DNA of 64,000 bases from Vicugna vicugna. Its lineage: Eukaryota. A program made the position numbers and the translations under genes. The notes beneath the pieces are model-generated. The model was not told where the DNA came from, did no database searches, and was given only the letters and a program-made list of their open reading frames with translations. Positions 14,222 to 28,300 of this stretch are shown here, in pieces; the first letter of the stretch is position 1; each line of letters starts with the position of its first letter. Where the stretch lies: assembly GCA_013265495.1 (NCBI GenBank), contig MU058423.1:1439061-1503060 (forward strand), in the 5' to 3' direction.

Positions 14222-14770
14222 AAATAAACAGAGACTAGAAAACCAATAAAAAAATCAACTGAACCAAAAGTTGGTTCTTTGACAATATCAACAAAACTTA
14301 CAAACTCTACCAAGACTGGCAAAGAATAAAATAAAGACCCAGTTATTAAAATTAGAAATGTAAGTGACCCTACAGAGATAAAAAGTTATACAAGAATACA
14401 AGATAAGATACCTTAGAAGAAATGGAAAAATTCCTTGAAACATACAAAATGATCTAAACTGATTCATGAAGAATTAGAAAATCTGAAAAGATATATAACT
14501 AGGAAGAAGTTTGAATCCATAATTAAAAGCTTCTTAAGAAAGAAAATCCTAGACTTGTTATCTTTATCAGTCAATTCTACTACACATTTAAAGAATTAAC
14601 ACCAATCCTTCTCTACCTCTTGAAAAAAATTGAAGAGAAAACTTCTAATTCACTCTACAAGGCCAGAATTACTCTGATATTAGAGCCAGAAAATGGTATC
14701 ATAAGAAAAGAAAATTTCATATCTGTTACACACGTAGAGTTTAAAATTCTCAAAAATATTAGCAAATCGA

Positions 14771-16060
14771 TGTACAACCTCACATCGGTCAGAATGGCCA
14801 TTATCAAAAATCTATAAATAATTAATACTGGATAGCGTGTGGAGAAAAGGGAACCTTCCTACACTGTTGGTGGGAATGTAAATTGGTGCAGCCACTGTGG
14901 AAAACAACATGGTGGTGCCTTAAAAAGCTAAAAATAGAGTTACAGTATGATCCAGCAATCCCACTCCTGGGCATATATCCAGAAAATACAAAAACTCTAA
15001 TTCAAAAAGATATATGGACCCCCAATGTTCATAGCTTACTATTTACAATAGCCAAGACATGGAAGCAACCTAAGGGTCCATCAACAGATGAATGGATAAA
15101 GAAAATGTGATATAGATATATACATATATGTATATACACACATATACATATATATATACATAATATATATATATATATTACTCAGCCATAAAAAAAGAAT
15201 TAAATAGTGCCATTTGCAGCAACATTGAGGGACTCAGAGATTATCATACTGAGTGAAATAAATCAGACAGAGACAGACAAATACTGTATGATATTACTTA
15301 CATGTGGAATCTAAAAAATGAAACAAATGAACTTATTTACAAAACAGAAACAGACTCACAGATACTGAATACAAACTTATGGCTACCATTGGGGAAAGTG
15401 GGGGTGGGGGAAGGGATAAATTAGGAGTATGGGATTAACAGGTACACAACACTATATATAGAATAAACAAGGACTTACTGTATAGAACAGGGAACTATAT
15501 TCAAAACCTTTTGCAGCAACATGGTTGCTCCTAGAGAATGTCATTCTAAGTGAAGTAAGCCAGAAAGAAAAAGAAAAATACCATATGAGATCGCTCATAT
15601 GTGGAATCTAAAGACTCATGGACAGAGAATAGAGACTTGTGGTTACCAGGGGGGTAGAGGGTGGGAAGGGATAGACTGGGATTTCAAAATTGTAGAATAG
15701 ATAAACAAGATTACACTGTATAGCACAGGGAAATATACACAAAATGTTATGATAAATCACAGAGAAAAAAATGTGACAATGAGTGTGTATATGTCCATGA
15801 ATGACTGAAAAATTGTGCTGAACACTGGAATTTGACACAACATTGTAAAATGATTATAAATCAATAAAAAATGTTAAAAAAACCCTTGTAATAAACTATA
15901 AATGGAAAAGAACCTGGAAGATAATATATATGTATATATATACACATACATACACACATATATATACACATACATATGTATATATAAAATAATGGAATAA
16001 TTTTACTGTATACCTGAAACTAACACAATACCATAAATCAACTATACTTCAATAAAAATA
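14771..16060 (+). mobile_element. Intermediate-age L1 3' portion (ORF2 C-terminus + 3'UTR)
   Basis: [24 protein letters not shown] peptide (14883-15110); degenerate TSD aaatattagcaaatcga / aaacattaacaaataga. Confidence 0.85.
15511..15882 (+). mobile_element. Young L1 3'UTR nested in the previous element
   Basis: Same 3'UTR as 13890-14221 and 46382-47416; flanked by aaaacctt..tg / aaaacccttg. Confidence 0.88.
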
Positions 16061-16837
16061 AACATTAACAAATAGAATACACAGCTATTTCAGAAGATTA
16101 TTCACCATGAACAAGTGGGGTTTAGTTCAAGAATGCAAGTGTTTTAACAATGAGAAAACCAATCAATGTAATAGATCACATTAATAGAATAAAAGGGGAA
16201 AATACATATGATCATCTCAATTGATGCATTTGAGACATTCAACAATATCCAACACTTTTTCATGACCAAAAACTCTCAGTAAACTAGGAATAAAGGAAAA
16301 ATTCCTCAACATAATAATGGATATTTATGAGCAACTCACAACTAATATCATACTCAATGGTGAAAAACTGAAAGACATCATAATGAAATTTCTAGCCATA
16401 GCTATTTGACAAGAAAAATAAAAGGCATCCAAATTGGAAAGGAAGAGGTAAAACTATATTTGTTTGCATATGACACAATCCTATATATAGAAAATCCTGT
16501 AAGAATCTGCAAGAAAGCTACTAGAGCTAATAAACAAATTCAGAAAATTTACAGGGTATATCAACACACAAAAATCAGTTGTATTTCTATACATAAGCAA
16601 TGAACAATCCAAAAAGGAATTTAAGAAAACAATCCTGTTTAACAACAACATCTAAAAGAATTAAATGTTTAAGAATAAATCTAACCAGGGACATGAAGAT
16701 TTGTATACTAAAAAACTACAAAACGTTCCTGAAAGAAATTAAAGAAGATCTGAATAAATGGAAAAATTTCCCATGTTCATGAATAGGGAGACAACATTGT
16801 AAAGATATCAATACTATCCAAAGTAATCTACAGATAC

Positions 16838-17094
16838 TGTTATTGAACCAAAGTTCATGTGCCTGATGCACAGTGAGGGCAAACAAATTGAAATGTTGGA
16901 GTTTGGAACAGAGAAAGGTTTATTGCAATGCCAAGCAAAGAGAACAGGTGGCTCATGCTTGAAAAACCCAAACTCTCTAATGGTTTTCTGGAGAAGTTTT
17001 TATAGACAAAACTTAGGGTGAAGGCTGCAGGGTGTGTGACTTTTTTCTTATTGGCTGGTAGTGAGGTAACAAGGCATAGTTCCAGAAATCAGCC
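16838..17094 (-). mobile_element. Partial ERV LTR
   Basis: Starts tgtta (=...taaca on minus); tttatt polyA signal (minus AATAAA) ~80 bp in; tttttata and attgg further in; interrupts L1 ORF2; family not assigned. Confidence 0.65.
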
Positions 17095-18127
17095 TGGGAA
17101 GGAAGCTTCCAAAGGCTTTCTGGTCACAATCCAGCAGATCAAGATCATGGAAATCGTAAGAAACTAGAAACTGAAATTTGTAATTTGACAAGAATAGAAA
17201 TGTAAACTATTCTCAAAGATTTTTCTCAGAAAGATGAATACAAGGGGGCCAAATGGCTACTGAGAGTGTTTAATACTGGCTCAGAGCTCCTGCCTTGGGC
17301 CACATAGAGAAGGCACCATCATTACTAAAGATCCTAAAATGCATAGTTCACATAGAGATTCTTTGGCCCTTGGAGCTCAATTCTTATATTTCAGTCTGAA
17401 GTCACCCAAGGAGGACTGAAAGCATCCCCAAAGCCCCAGGCAGGTATGATAATGAAGCCAAAGATTTTGAGAAGTTATATAAGCTTCAGATGAGGAACAG
17501 AAAATTTCCTCAATCCTTTGGTATTCCAAAAATCTGCCCTTGCTGACTTGGATTTTCATGGCTTGGAAGTGAGCTCACCCCTCCTTTGCAGTCATTGCTG
17601 CTAAGGTAGATGCCCACTGCAAAACTATGGTGTAGGCTGCATGCTCTTCTGCAAAACTGATATAGTTCAATGGGTCTATAATTTCTTTGAACATTTAAAC
17701 AAAGAACGTCCTGAACACATTTCTAATCAAAGGAAGCCCTCTTTGACAGAGTCCACATAATTGTTCTTGCAGGGCACTCCTCCCAGCTATTGGGTGGAGT
17801 TGCTTAAACTCATTGGCATTTCCCACACCATATGGGAGACCATGAATGGAACTGATCCTCTGGCTCTCCAGTGGGGCTCTCTCTGCCCATCCTGATTCAC
17901 AAATTCTGACCTGTTAATCCTACCTCTTGGAACACAAAAACCCTACCTCAAACTGCCATCCCTCACCTAAACCACTTCACCTGCCATGTCTTTTCTGACT
18001 CACTGACTCCCTCTACTGCCTCTGAACAATCAGACCTGCCCTGTTTATTGGTAATTCAATAGGGTGGGTCTCCAGAAGTAAGTACTAGATAGATCTCCCC
18101 CAAACAACATTAAAAGTTCCTCATCCC
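17095..18127 (+). mobile_element. ERVL (class III) internal, gag-like remnant
   Basis: From 17188 translates TRIEM*TILKDFSQKDEYKGAKWLLRVFNTG, resembling the ERVL Gag W-x-L-R-V motif; continuous across a TSD with pro/pol at 20863. Confidence 0.6.
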
Positions 18128-20846
18128 AAAAAAGGAACCTGCCTACACTGTTGGTGGGAATGTAAATTGGTGCATCCACTATGGAGGACAGTAGGAGTTT
18201 CCTTAAATAATGAATAATAGACTTAACATATGATCCAGCAATCGTACTCTTGGGCATATATCCACAGAAAACTAATTTAAAAAGACACATGCATCCCAAT
18301 GTTCATAGTAACACTACTTACAATAGCTAAGATGTGGAAACAACCTAAATGTCCATCAACAGACAACTGAATAAAGATGTGAGATATATATATATTTTTC
18401 CGTTGTGTGATATATATATATATATATTCCATTGTATATATACAATGCAATATGACTCAGCCATAAAAAAGAATGAAATAAACTTTCAAAAATCAGTTGA
18501 ATTTCTTTACACTAATGATGAATCAACAGAAAATGAAAGTAAAGAAACAATCCCCTTTAAAATAGCACCGAAAGTAATCAAATACCTAGGAATAAATATA
18601 ACCAAGGAGGTGAAAGACTTACATATGGAAAACTATAGACCATTGATGAAGGAAAGTAAAGAAGACTTTAAAAAATGGAAGGATAGTCCATGCTCCTGGA
18701 TTGGAAGAATCAATATTATTAAAATGGTCACACTGCCCAAGGCAATCTACAGATTTAATGCAATCCCTATCAAATTACCCAGTACTTATTTCACAGAACT
18801 AGAACAAATCATAATAAAATTTATATGGAACCACAAAAGACCTAGAATTGCCAAAGCATTACTGAAGAGAAAGGAAGAGGCTGGAGGAACAACTCTCCCA
18901 GACTTCAGACAATACTATAGAGCTACAGTCATCAAAACAGCATGGTATTGGTACAAAAACAGACATATGGACCATTGGAACAGAATAGAGAGCCCAGAAA
19001 TGAACCCACAAACTTTGGTCAACTAATCTTCGACAAAGGAGGCAAGAATATACAATGGAGTAAAGACAGTCTCTTCAGCAAATGGTGTTGGGAAAACTGC
19101 ACAGCAGCATGTAAAGCAATGACGCTATAACACTCCCTTACACCATACACAAAAATAAACTCAAAATGGATCAAAGACTTAAACATCAGACAAGATACAA
19201 TAAACCTCCTTGAAGAAAATATAGGGAAAACATTATGTGACATACATCTCAAAAATGTTCTCTTAGGGCAGTCTACCCAAGCAATAAAAATAAAAGCAAG
19301 AATAAACAAATGGGACCTAATTAAACTTACAAGCTTCTGCACAGCAAAGGAAACCATAAGTAAAACAAAACGATAACCTATGGAATGGGAGAAAATTTTT
19401 GCAAATGAAGCTAACAAAGGCTTGATCTCCAGAATATATTAGCAGCTCTTAATAAGAAAAAAACAGACAATCCAATCCAAAAATGGGCAGAAGACTTAAA
19501 CAAGCAAGTCTCCAAGGAAGACACACAAATGATCAATAGGCACATGAAAGAAATGCTCAATATCACTAATTATCAGAGAAATGCAAATCAAAACTACAGT
19601 GAGGTATCACCTCACATCAATCAGAATGGCCATCATTCAAAAGTCCACAAATGACAAATGCTGGAGAGGCTGTAGAGAAAAGGGAACCCTCCTACACTGC
19701 TAGTGGGATAGCAGTTTGGTGCAGCCACTAGGGAAAACAGTATGGAGATTCCTCAGAAGACTAGGAATAGACTTATCATATGACCCCAGAATCCCATTCC
19801 TGGGCATATATCTAGAAGGAACCCTTCTTCAAAATGACACCTGCACCCCAATGTTCATAGCAGCACTGCTTACAAAAGCCAAGTCATGGAAACAGCCTAA
19901 ATGTCCATCAATAGGTGACTGGATAAAGAAGATGTGGTATATTTATACAATGGAATACTATTCAGCCACAAAAACCAACAACATAACACCATTTGCAGCA
20001 ACATGGATGTTCCTGGAGAATGTCATCTAAGTGAAGTAAGCCAGAAAGAGAAAGAAAAATATCATATGTGATTGCTCATATATGGAATAAAAAAAAAAGA
20101 ACATAAATACAAAACAAACAGACTCATAGACATAGAATACAAACTTGTGGTTGCCAAGGGGTTGGGGGGTGGGAAGGGACAGACTGGGATTTCAAAATGT
20201 AGAATAGATAGACAAGATTATACTGTATAGCACAGGGAAATATACTTAAGATCTTATGGTAGCTCATAGTGAAAGAAAATGTGACAGTGAATATATATAT
20301 GTTCATGTATAACTGAAAAATTGTGCTCTACACTGGAATTTGACACAACATTGTAAAATGACTATAACTCAATAAAAAAATGTTAAAGAATGAAATAGTG
20401 CCATTTGCAGCAAAATGGATGGAACTAGAGATTATCATATTGAGTGAGGTTAAGTCAGACAGAAAAGACAGATATCATATGATATCACTTATATGTGGAG
20501 TCTAAAAAATATATACAAATTCTATTTACAAACCAAAAACACACTCATGGACATAGAAAACAAACTATGGTTACCAAAGGGAAAAGGGTGGAGAGGGATA
20601 AATTAGGGGTTGAGGATTAACAAACACACATTACTATATATAAAATAGATAAACAGCAAGGACCTAGTGTATAGCACAGGGAACTATATTAAATTTTTTG
20701 TAATAACATATAACAAAATAACATATCTTGGAAAAGAATCTGAAAAGAAAAAATATGTATATATGTGTATGTATAACTGAATTACTTTGCTGTATACCTG
20801 AAACTAACATTGTAAATCAACTACACGTCAATTAAATTTTATTTAA
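18128..20846 (+). mobile_element. Older L1 3' fragment inserted in ERVL (split by a young L1)
   Basis: TSD aaaagttcctcatccc (18112-18127) / aaaaggatctcatccc (20847-20862); host parts 18128-18480 and 20398-20846. Confidence 0.85.
18481..20384 (+). mobile_element. Young 5'-truncated L1 (copy A), ORF2 C-half + 3'UTR
   Basis: 13-bp TSD aaagaatgaaata at 18468-18480 and 20385-20397; ORF2 peptide [14 protein letters not shown]...[10 protein letters not shown]...[13 protein letters not shown]. Confidence 0.95.
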
Positions 20847-20862
20847 AAAAGGATCTCATCCC

Positions 20863-21510
20863 TTGCCCATAGATCTGGTGGCTGAAGGAACCAGTGGCCC
20901 ATGCAAGATGTGTCCAGCCAATACCTAGAGCTCTGAAATTGGCAATTGCTGCAAACTCTTCAACAGTGATTAAGCCATTCTGGATCCTTGTTCCACCACC
21001 CCACAGCAATCACTCATATAGGATTCTGGTGGTTAATCGGAATTCTAAAAGTAAACAATATGTTCTAGCTTTACTTGGTATGAAAACTCAAGTGACTCTC
21101 ATTCCAGACAACCCATCCAAATTTAGAGAAGTTACCCCTTAAGTTACAGTGTAATGTCAGTATAACATTCATGGCAAACAGATTCCACTAGATGTCACTG
21201 TTGGAGCAATTCTTTCTTAAACTATTGCTCATCTTGGATTCTCTGGCTTTGAGTTTTCCTACTGTAGGCATAGATGCTATTGCACATCAGGTGCAACACT
21301 GAAACAAATCAAAATCACGGATCCTATTAGTCAAAATTTCAAAATTGGACACTGTAGGGCTTCCCCTGCCAATAAAGGTAGTCAATATGGCACAAAATCC
21401 CTGAGACAAGGTATTGTTGACCTTCCACCCATTAGTCAAGATTTACTAAAAGAAGGGAGTGATTATTCTATTTCTCCTTTAAATAGCCCTATCTGGCCAG
21501 TCTTAAAGAC
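20863..21510 (+). mobile_element. ERVL internal, protease and RT N-terminus remnant
   Basis: VLALLGMKTQVTLIPDNP resembles the LLDTG..xTLIPGDP protease motif; aatagccctatctggccagtcttaaag = NSPIWPVLK, RT start motif. Confidence 0.75.
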
Positions 21511-21514
21511 TTAA

Positions 21515-21598
21515 TTCACTTAGAATGATGATCTCTAGGTCCATCCATGTTGCTGCAAAAGGCATTATTTTATTCTTTTTTATGGCTGAGTAGTTTTC

Positions 21599-21630
<32 letters not shown>

Positions 21631-22617
21631 TGTGTGTATTATATATATATATAATATACATATATATTTACCACAACTTATTTATTTAACTTTTTTTTAA
21701 ATTGAAGTATAGTCAGTTTACAATGTTGTGTCAATTTCTGGTGTACAGCACAATGCTTCAGTCATACATGAATATACATATATTCATTTTCATATTCTTT
21801 TTCACTGTAAGCTATTACAAGATATCAAATATAGTTCCCTTGTGCTATACAGTATAAACTTGTTTATCTATTTTATGTATACCAGTCAGTATCTGCAAAT
21901 CTACTCCCAGTTTATCCCTTCCCACCCTCTTCCCTCTTGGTAATCATGTTTGTTTTCTATGTCTGAGTTTGTTTCTGTTTTGTAAATAAATTCATTTGTC
22001 TTTTTTTTTTTTTTAGTTTCCAAATTTGTGTTTTTTTATTTGTTTTTTTTTTTTTTTTTTCTGGTTTTCTTTTTCTAACAGTTACAAATACAAGATTTTT
22101 TTCCCAATACCTTTAGCATTAATAGCATTCACAGCACGCTGCTATGTGTATTTTAATAATATAAAAGAATTATTAAATAACTGATATTATAGTAGGTTTT
22201 GAATTAACTGAAATTAAGTTCTAAAATTGAACTTTTAGTGGTATTTCACTTCTATGATTTTGCATCTTTCCAGCTGAGTTATACAAAATTCATTCTCTGT
22301 ACTTATATAATATTTCCAAATAGTGATCTTTAAAGCAAGAAGAGGGTTCCTTGGACTCTACATACTGTTTTCCCTAGTGGCTGCACCAACTACATTCCCA
22401 CCAGCAGTGTAGGAGGATTCCCTTTTCTCCACACCCTCTCCAGCATTTATCATTCGTGGACTTTTGAATGATGGCCATTCTGATTGATGTGAGGTGATAT
22501 CTCATTGTAGTTTTGATTTGCATTTCTCTGATAAATAGTGATATTGAGCATATTTTCACATGCCTATTGACCATTTATATGTCTTCCTTCAAGAATTGAT
22601 TGTTTAGGTCTTCTGCC
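21515..22617 (-). mobile_element. Cluster of minus-strand L1 3' pieces (21515-21680; 21690-22030; 22354-22617) with a non-L1 segment at 22031-22353
   Basis: [21 protein letters not shown] peptide (22374-22574); L1 3'UTR terminus ttgaagtatagtcagtttacaatgttgtgtc. Confidence 0.8.
21604..21637. repeat. (TG)n microsatellite
   Basis: Direct reading. Confidence 0.95.
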
Positions 22618-22846
22618 CCACCTTTCAGTTTTAATTCAGCCTATTTATCAGGTCACTCAAAAGTTGACCACCTTCCATTGAGGGGAGCACCAGCAATGGA
22701 CATTGAAATTAACTCAGCAGTCTATATTGACAAGCCAGGCCACCGATTCCCCTAAACTGATTTTAGACTTGAGCTACTGACCAACCTTGACTATGCTTCC
22801 TGGAGCCTCCGTTAACTGAGCATAATCAAAAATGCTCCTGATGACT

Positions 22847-24228
22847 ATTTATAATAGCCAACACATGGAAACAACCTAAATGTCCATGACAGATAGCTGG
22901 ATAAAGAAGTTGTGGTATATATAGTCAATGGAATATGACTGAGCTATTAAAAAAGAATAAAAATTACCTAATTAAACTTACAAGCTTCTGCACAGCAAAG
23001 GAAACCATAAGTAAAACAAAATGACAACCTACGGAATGGGAGAAAATTTTTGCAAATGAAACTAACAAAGGCTTGATCTCCAGAATATATTAGCAGCTCA
23101 TACGACTTAATAAGAAAAAACAAACAACCCAATCCAAAAATGGGCAGAAGACCTAAACAAGCAAGTCTCCAAGGAAGACATACAAATGATCAATAGGCAC
23201 ATGAAAAATTATCAGAGAAATGCAAATCAAAACTACAGTGAGGTATCACCTCACATCAATCAGAATGGCCATCATTCAAAAGTCCACAAATGACAAATGC
23301 TGGAGAGGCTGTGGAGAAAAGGGAACCCTCCTACACTGCTAGTGGGATTGCAGTTTGGTGCAGCCACTAGGGAAAACAGTATGGAGATTCCTCAGAAGAC
23401 TAGGAATAGATTTACCATATGACCCAGGAATCCCGCTCTTGTGCATGTATCCAGAAGGAACCCTACTTCAAAATGACACCTGCACCCCAATGTTCATAGC
23501 AGCAGTGTTTACAATAGCCAAGACATGGAAACAGCCTAAATGTCCATCAACAGATGACTGGATAAAGAATAAGTGGTATATTTATACAATGGAATACTAC
23601 TCAGCCATAAAAAGTAATAAAATAATGCCATTTGCAGCAACATGGATGTTCCTGTAGAATGTCATTCTAAGTGAAGTAAGCCAGAAAGAGAAAGAAAAAT
23701 ATCATATGATATCACTCATATGTGGAATCTAAAAATAAAAAGAAGATGACAAATGAAATTAAATATAAAACAGAAACAGATTCACAGACATAGAACACAA
23801 ACTTGTGGTTGCCAGAGGGGATGTGGGTGGGAAGGGACAGACTGGGAGTTTGAGATTTGTAGATACTGACAGGTACATATAGAATAGATAAACAAGATTA
23901 TACTGTATAGCACAGGGAAGTATATTTAGAATGTTGTAGTAGTTCATGGTGAAAAAGAATATAAAAATGAATACATGTATATTCATGTATTACTGAAAAT
24001 TGTGCTGTACACCAGAAATTGACACAACATTGTAAGCTGACTATAACTCAGTAAAAAAAAGGAGAAAAAAAGAATAAAAATGCCATTTGCAGCAACATGG
24101 ATGGTCTTGGAGATCATCATTTTAAGTGAAATAAGCCAGAAAGAGAAAGAAAAATACATATGATATCACTCATATGTAGTATCTAAAAAAGGCAGGGGGA
24201 GGACACTATGAACTCATCTACAAAATAG
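22847..24228 (+). mobile_element. L1 3' fragment carrying nested L1 copy D (22963-~24065)
   Basis: TSD aaaaaagaataaaa before 22963 and after ~24065; ORF2 C-terminal peptide 23355-23657. Confidence 0.88.
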
Positions 24229-25336
24229 ACTCAGTCTTGACCAGGACCCTACCCCCGTGTGTGGTACTCCATCATTGAGAAGGAATCCCCCAAATACAAA
24301 ATATTCCCAAGAGGAGTGAAGGGACTGTGCCCTACCACAGGGACCCTGACATTTGGGCCTGGCACAGGAAAGACAAACCCCCAAAATATCTGGCTTTGAA
24401 AATTAACAGAAATTAAGTCCAGGGAACCATAGAACTATACAGAATGAAGAATCCACTCTTAAAGGGCTCATGTGCAGACTCATTCACCCTGAGATCTATT
24501 GCAAAAGAAATAATTTAAAAATCACCTAGATCATAAGTGAGTGAGAACGACTTACTAATCCTAAAGTAGCTGCCAGAGAGGCAGGAATCTGCAGTGACTC
24601 TGGGAACAGAAATGTTTGTGGGAACCAATTTTTCATTCCCTCCTTCTAGCCTACTAGCACCTATGGTCATGCTATGCACCCCACCCCACACAACATCTAC
24701 TCCCCAAGGCAGGACAAGCAAGCACACTATGCCCCACTCAACTTGAGTGGCAGCTGCATGCAACCAGGCTGGGTTGAACCACAGCCAGGCAAGCACCCGA
24801 AGTCTTGACATCCCCATGCAGTAGCCATGCTACAACTGGGCCAAGGAAGTGCCTTGAGCCCTGCCCACTCCATGCTGCATCTATGCCACAACTATGCCAG
24901 GTGAACACATCACATCCTGTCCTCCCTGTGCAGTAGCTTCCGCCCTGCCATAGCTGACAGGGGCAGAAAGTTCTCACAAAGAAAAATGCCCCTTGAGCAC
25001 CTGGCTCTGGAGACCAGGGGATATTGTGCTTCTGGGACCTATGGATAATCTCCTACACAAAATCACTTCTCCAAGACTGGGAGAGGTAGCTGTTTTGCCT
25101 ATTACATATAGACAAACACAGAAAGTCAGGCAAAATGAGAAGACAGAGGGAAATATTCCAAACCAAAGAACAAGAGAGATTCCCAGAAAAAGACTTTGAT
25201 TAAAAGGAGATAAGCAAACTATCTGATAAAGAATTCAAAGTTATAGTCATAAAGATGCTTACTGATCTCAGGAGAATATATTTTAAAAGTTAGAACTTAA
25301 ACGGAGATTAAAAAAATAAGAAAGTACCAAACAAAG

Positions 25337-25338
<2 letters not shown>

Positions 25339-25376
<38 letters not shown>
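25339..25376. repeat. (TA)n microsatellite
   Basis: Direct reading. Confidence 0.95.
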
Positions 25377-25377
<1 letters not shown>

Positions 25378-28300
25378 CAACCAAAAATTTAGTAGGGGGT
25401 TTCAACAGCAGAACAGATGAAGTAGGAGCATGATTCAGTTAACTGGATAACAAAGCATAAGATATTACCCAGGGAGAGCAGCAATATTTTAAAAAAAGTT
25501 AAAAATTGTGGATACCTTAGGGGACCCCTGGGACAACATCAAGTGGAGTGATGTTTGCATTACAGAAGTCCCAGAAGGATAAAAGAGAAAGGAGAAGAAA
25601 AATTATTTGAAGAAATTATGGATGAAAACTTCCTCTGTATGGGAGACAGACATCAAGGTTCGGGAAACTCAGAGAATTCCAAATAAGATGAACCAAAGAG
25701 AACCACACCAAGAAACATTATAATTAAAAGGGTAAAAGTCAAGATAAAGATAGAATCTTAAAAGCAACTAGAGAAAAAGCGATACATTACATACAAGGGA
25801 AATTCCATAAGACTGTCAGCAGATTTTTCAGTAGAAATTCTGCAGGCCAGAAGGAAGTAGCATGACATATTCAAAATACTAAATGAAAAAAAAATCCAAC
25901 CCAGAATTTTCTGCTGAGTAAGGTTATTCAGAATTAAAGGAGTGAATAAGTTAAAAAAAAAAAAAGCTAAAGGAGTTAATCACCACTAAACCAGCCTTAA
26001 AGAAACATTAGAGGGACTTCTCTAGGTTGAAAAGAAAATATACTAATTAATAATAAGAAAATGTATGAAAGTAATAATCTCACTGGAAAAGGTAAGAAAA
26101 AATAAAGGTAGTAGATCAATCACTTTTATAGCAAGTATGACGTCAAAAGGTAGAAGTTGTAAAATTAACCAAAGTTGTAATAATTAGTTTCTGAAAGTAT
26201 AAAATTTTTTAAAAATCTAAATGTGTCATTAAAATATAAAATGTGAGTAGGAGAGTTAAAATGTAAAACTTTGGAATGTGTTTGAATATAAGTTGCTAAA
26301 ACGTTTTAACTTTTAAAAAATGTTATATACATAAGATGTGATTTATGAACCTCTTGGTTACCACAAAGAAAAAATTACAATAAATATGCAAAAGAAAATT
26401 TTAAAAGGAATCTAAACATAACACCAAATAAAGCCATCAAACCACAAGGGAAGAGAGAAAGAGAAGAAAAAGACAGAGAGGAATGACAAAAAAAGCCAAA
26501 AAGCAATTCACAAAATGACAATAAGTCCATACCTATCAATAATTACTTTAAATGTAAATGGACTAAATTTGCAAATCAAAAGACATAAAGTGGCTGAATG
26601 GATTTTTTAAAATACAAGACAAATCAATATTCTGCTTCCAAGGGACTCACTTCAGAAACAGACACTGAAAGGATGGAAAAAGATATTCTGTGCAAATGAA
26701 AGTGAAAATAAAGCTGACATAGTTATACTCATATCAGACAAAATAGACGTTAAAACAAAGACTATAATAAAAGACAAAGAAGGTCACTAAGTAATGATAA
26801 AGTGTTCCATAAAACAAGAAGACATAACATTTATAAATATATATGCACCCAACATTGGTGCACCAAAATATATAAAGCAAATATTAATGAACCTAAAAGG
26901 AGAAACTGAAAGCAATATAATAATAGTAGGGGATTTTAACACCCTATTAACAGTAATGGATAGATCATCCAGACAGAAAATCATAAGGAACTATTGGCCT
27001 TAAATGACACATTAGATAAAAAAAAAACTTAATAAATAAATAAATATATAATTCTATCCAAAAGGAGCAGAATACACAGACTTCTCAAGAGCACATACAA
27101 CATTCTTCAGGATAAATCATATGTTGGGCCATGAAACAAGTCTCAATAAATCCAAGAAAGTTGAAATCATATCAGATATCTCCCCTGACTACAGTGTATA
27201 AAAATAGAAGTCAATTACAATCAGAAATATGGAAAACCCACAAAAATATGGAGTTTAAATGACATGCTACTGAACAACAAATGAAATCAAAGAAAAAAAT
27301 TTAAAAACCTTAAAATAAATGAAAACAGATATATGACATATCAAAATCTATAGGAGGCAGCAAAAGCAGTTCTAAGATGGAAGTTCATAGCAATCCAGGT
27401 CTAACTCAAGAAACAAGAAAGAGCTCAAATAAACAATCTAAGTTTTCATTTTAAAGGAACTAGAGGAAGAACTAATGAAGCTCAAAGTTAGTAGAAGAAA
27501 GGAAAAATAAAGATGAGAGCAGAAATAAATGAAATAGAGACTAAAATGATCATGGAAAAGATAAATGAAACTAAGAAATGGTTCTTTGAAGTGAAATCAA
27601 CAAATCTTTAGCTAGACAAAATAAGAAAAAAAAGGGAGGGCTCAAATAAATAAAATCAGAAATGAAAGAGGAGAAATTATGAATGATACCACAGAACAAA
27701 AAAATACCATAACAGACTACAACAAACAATTATACACCAACAAACTGGACAACCTAAAATAAACAGATGGGTTTCTAAAAACATAAAATCTTCCAAGACT
27801 GAATCAGAAAGAAATAGAAAACCTGAATAAACTGATTACTAGTATGGAGATAGAATTAGTAATTAACCCCCCCCTCAAAAAAAGTCCAGGACCAGATGGC
27901 TTTACTGGTGAAATATTCTAAATATTCAAAGAAGAATTAAAACCTATTGTTCTCAAACTCTTCCAAAAAATCGATGAGAAGGCAGAGATTTCAAATACAT
28001 TTTATAAGGCTGGTATTAACCCGATACTAAAACCAGACAATGATACTATTAAAAAAAGAAAATTACACACCAATATTTTTGATGAACATACATGCAGAAA
28101 TCCTTCACAAAATATTAGCAAAACAAATTCAACAATACATTTAAAGGATCATACACCATGATCAAATGAGATTTATCCCATGGACATAAAGATGGTTTCA
28201 CATCCACAAATCAATCAACATGATACACTACATTAACAAAATGAAGAATGAGAAATTATATGATCATCTCAATAGATGCAGAAAAAGCATTCTATAAAAT

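Larger units (their letters stand above)
12031..16837 (+). mobile_element. Old LINE-1 (ORF1 C-half, spacer, ORF2 to post-RT) hosting two insertions
   Basis: ORF1 peptide KERLLKTAREKKLIIYKGLSIRLSA (12071-12283); ORF2 peptides ([19 protein letters not shown] 16406); host resumes after each insertion. Confidence 0.85.

Noticed and set aside
18349..19026. 225-aa ORF as a novel gene
   Set aside because: Chance read-through from an old L1 3' fragment into ORF2 of nested copy A; no promoter or splice evidence.
22620..22845. Possible inverted continuation of ERVL RT (IDC*VN..SIAGAP on minus)
   Set aside because: Similarity too weak and needs frameshifts; left unassigned pending a translated search.
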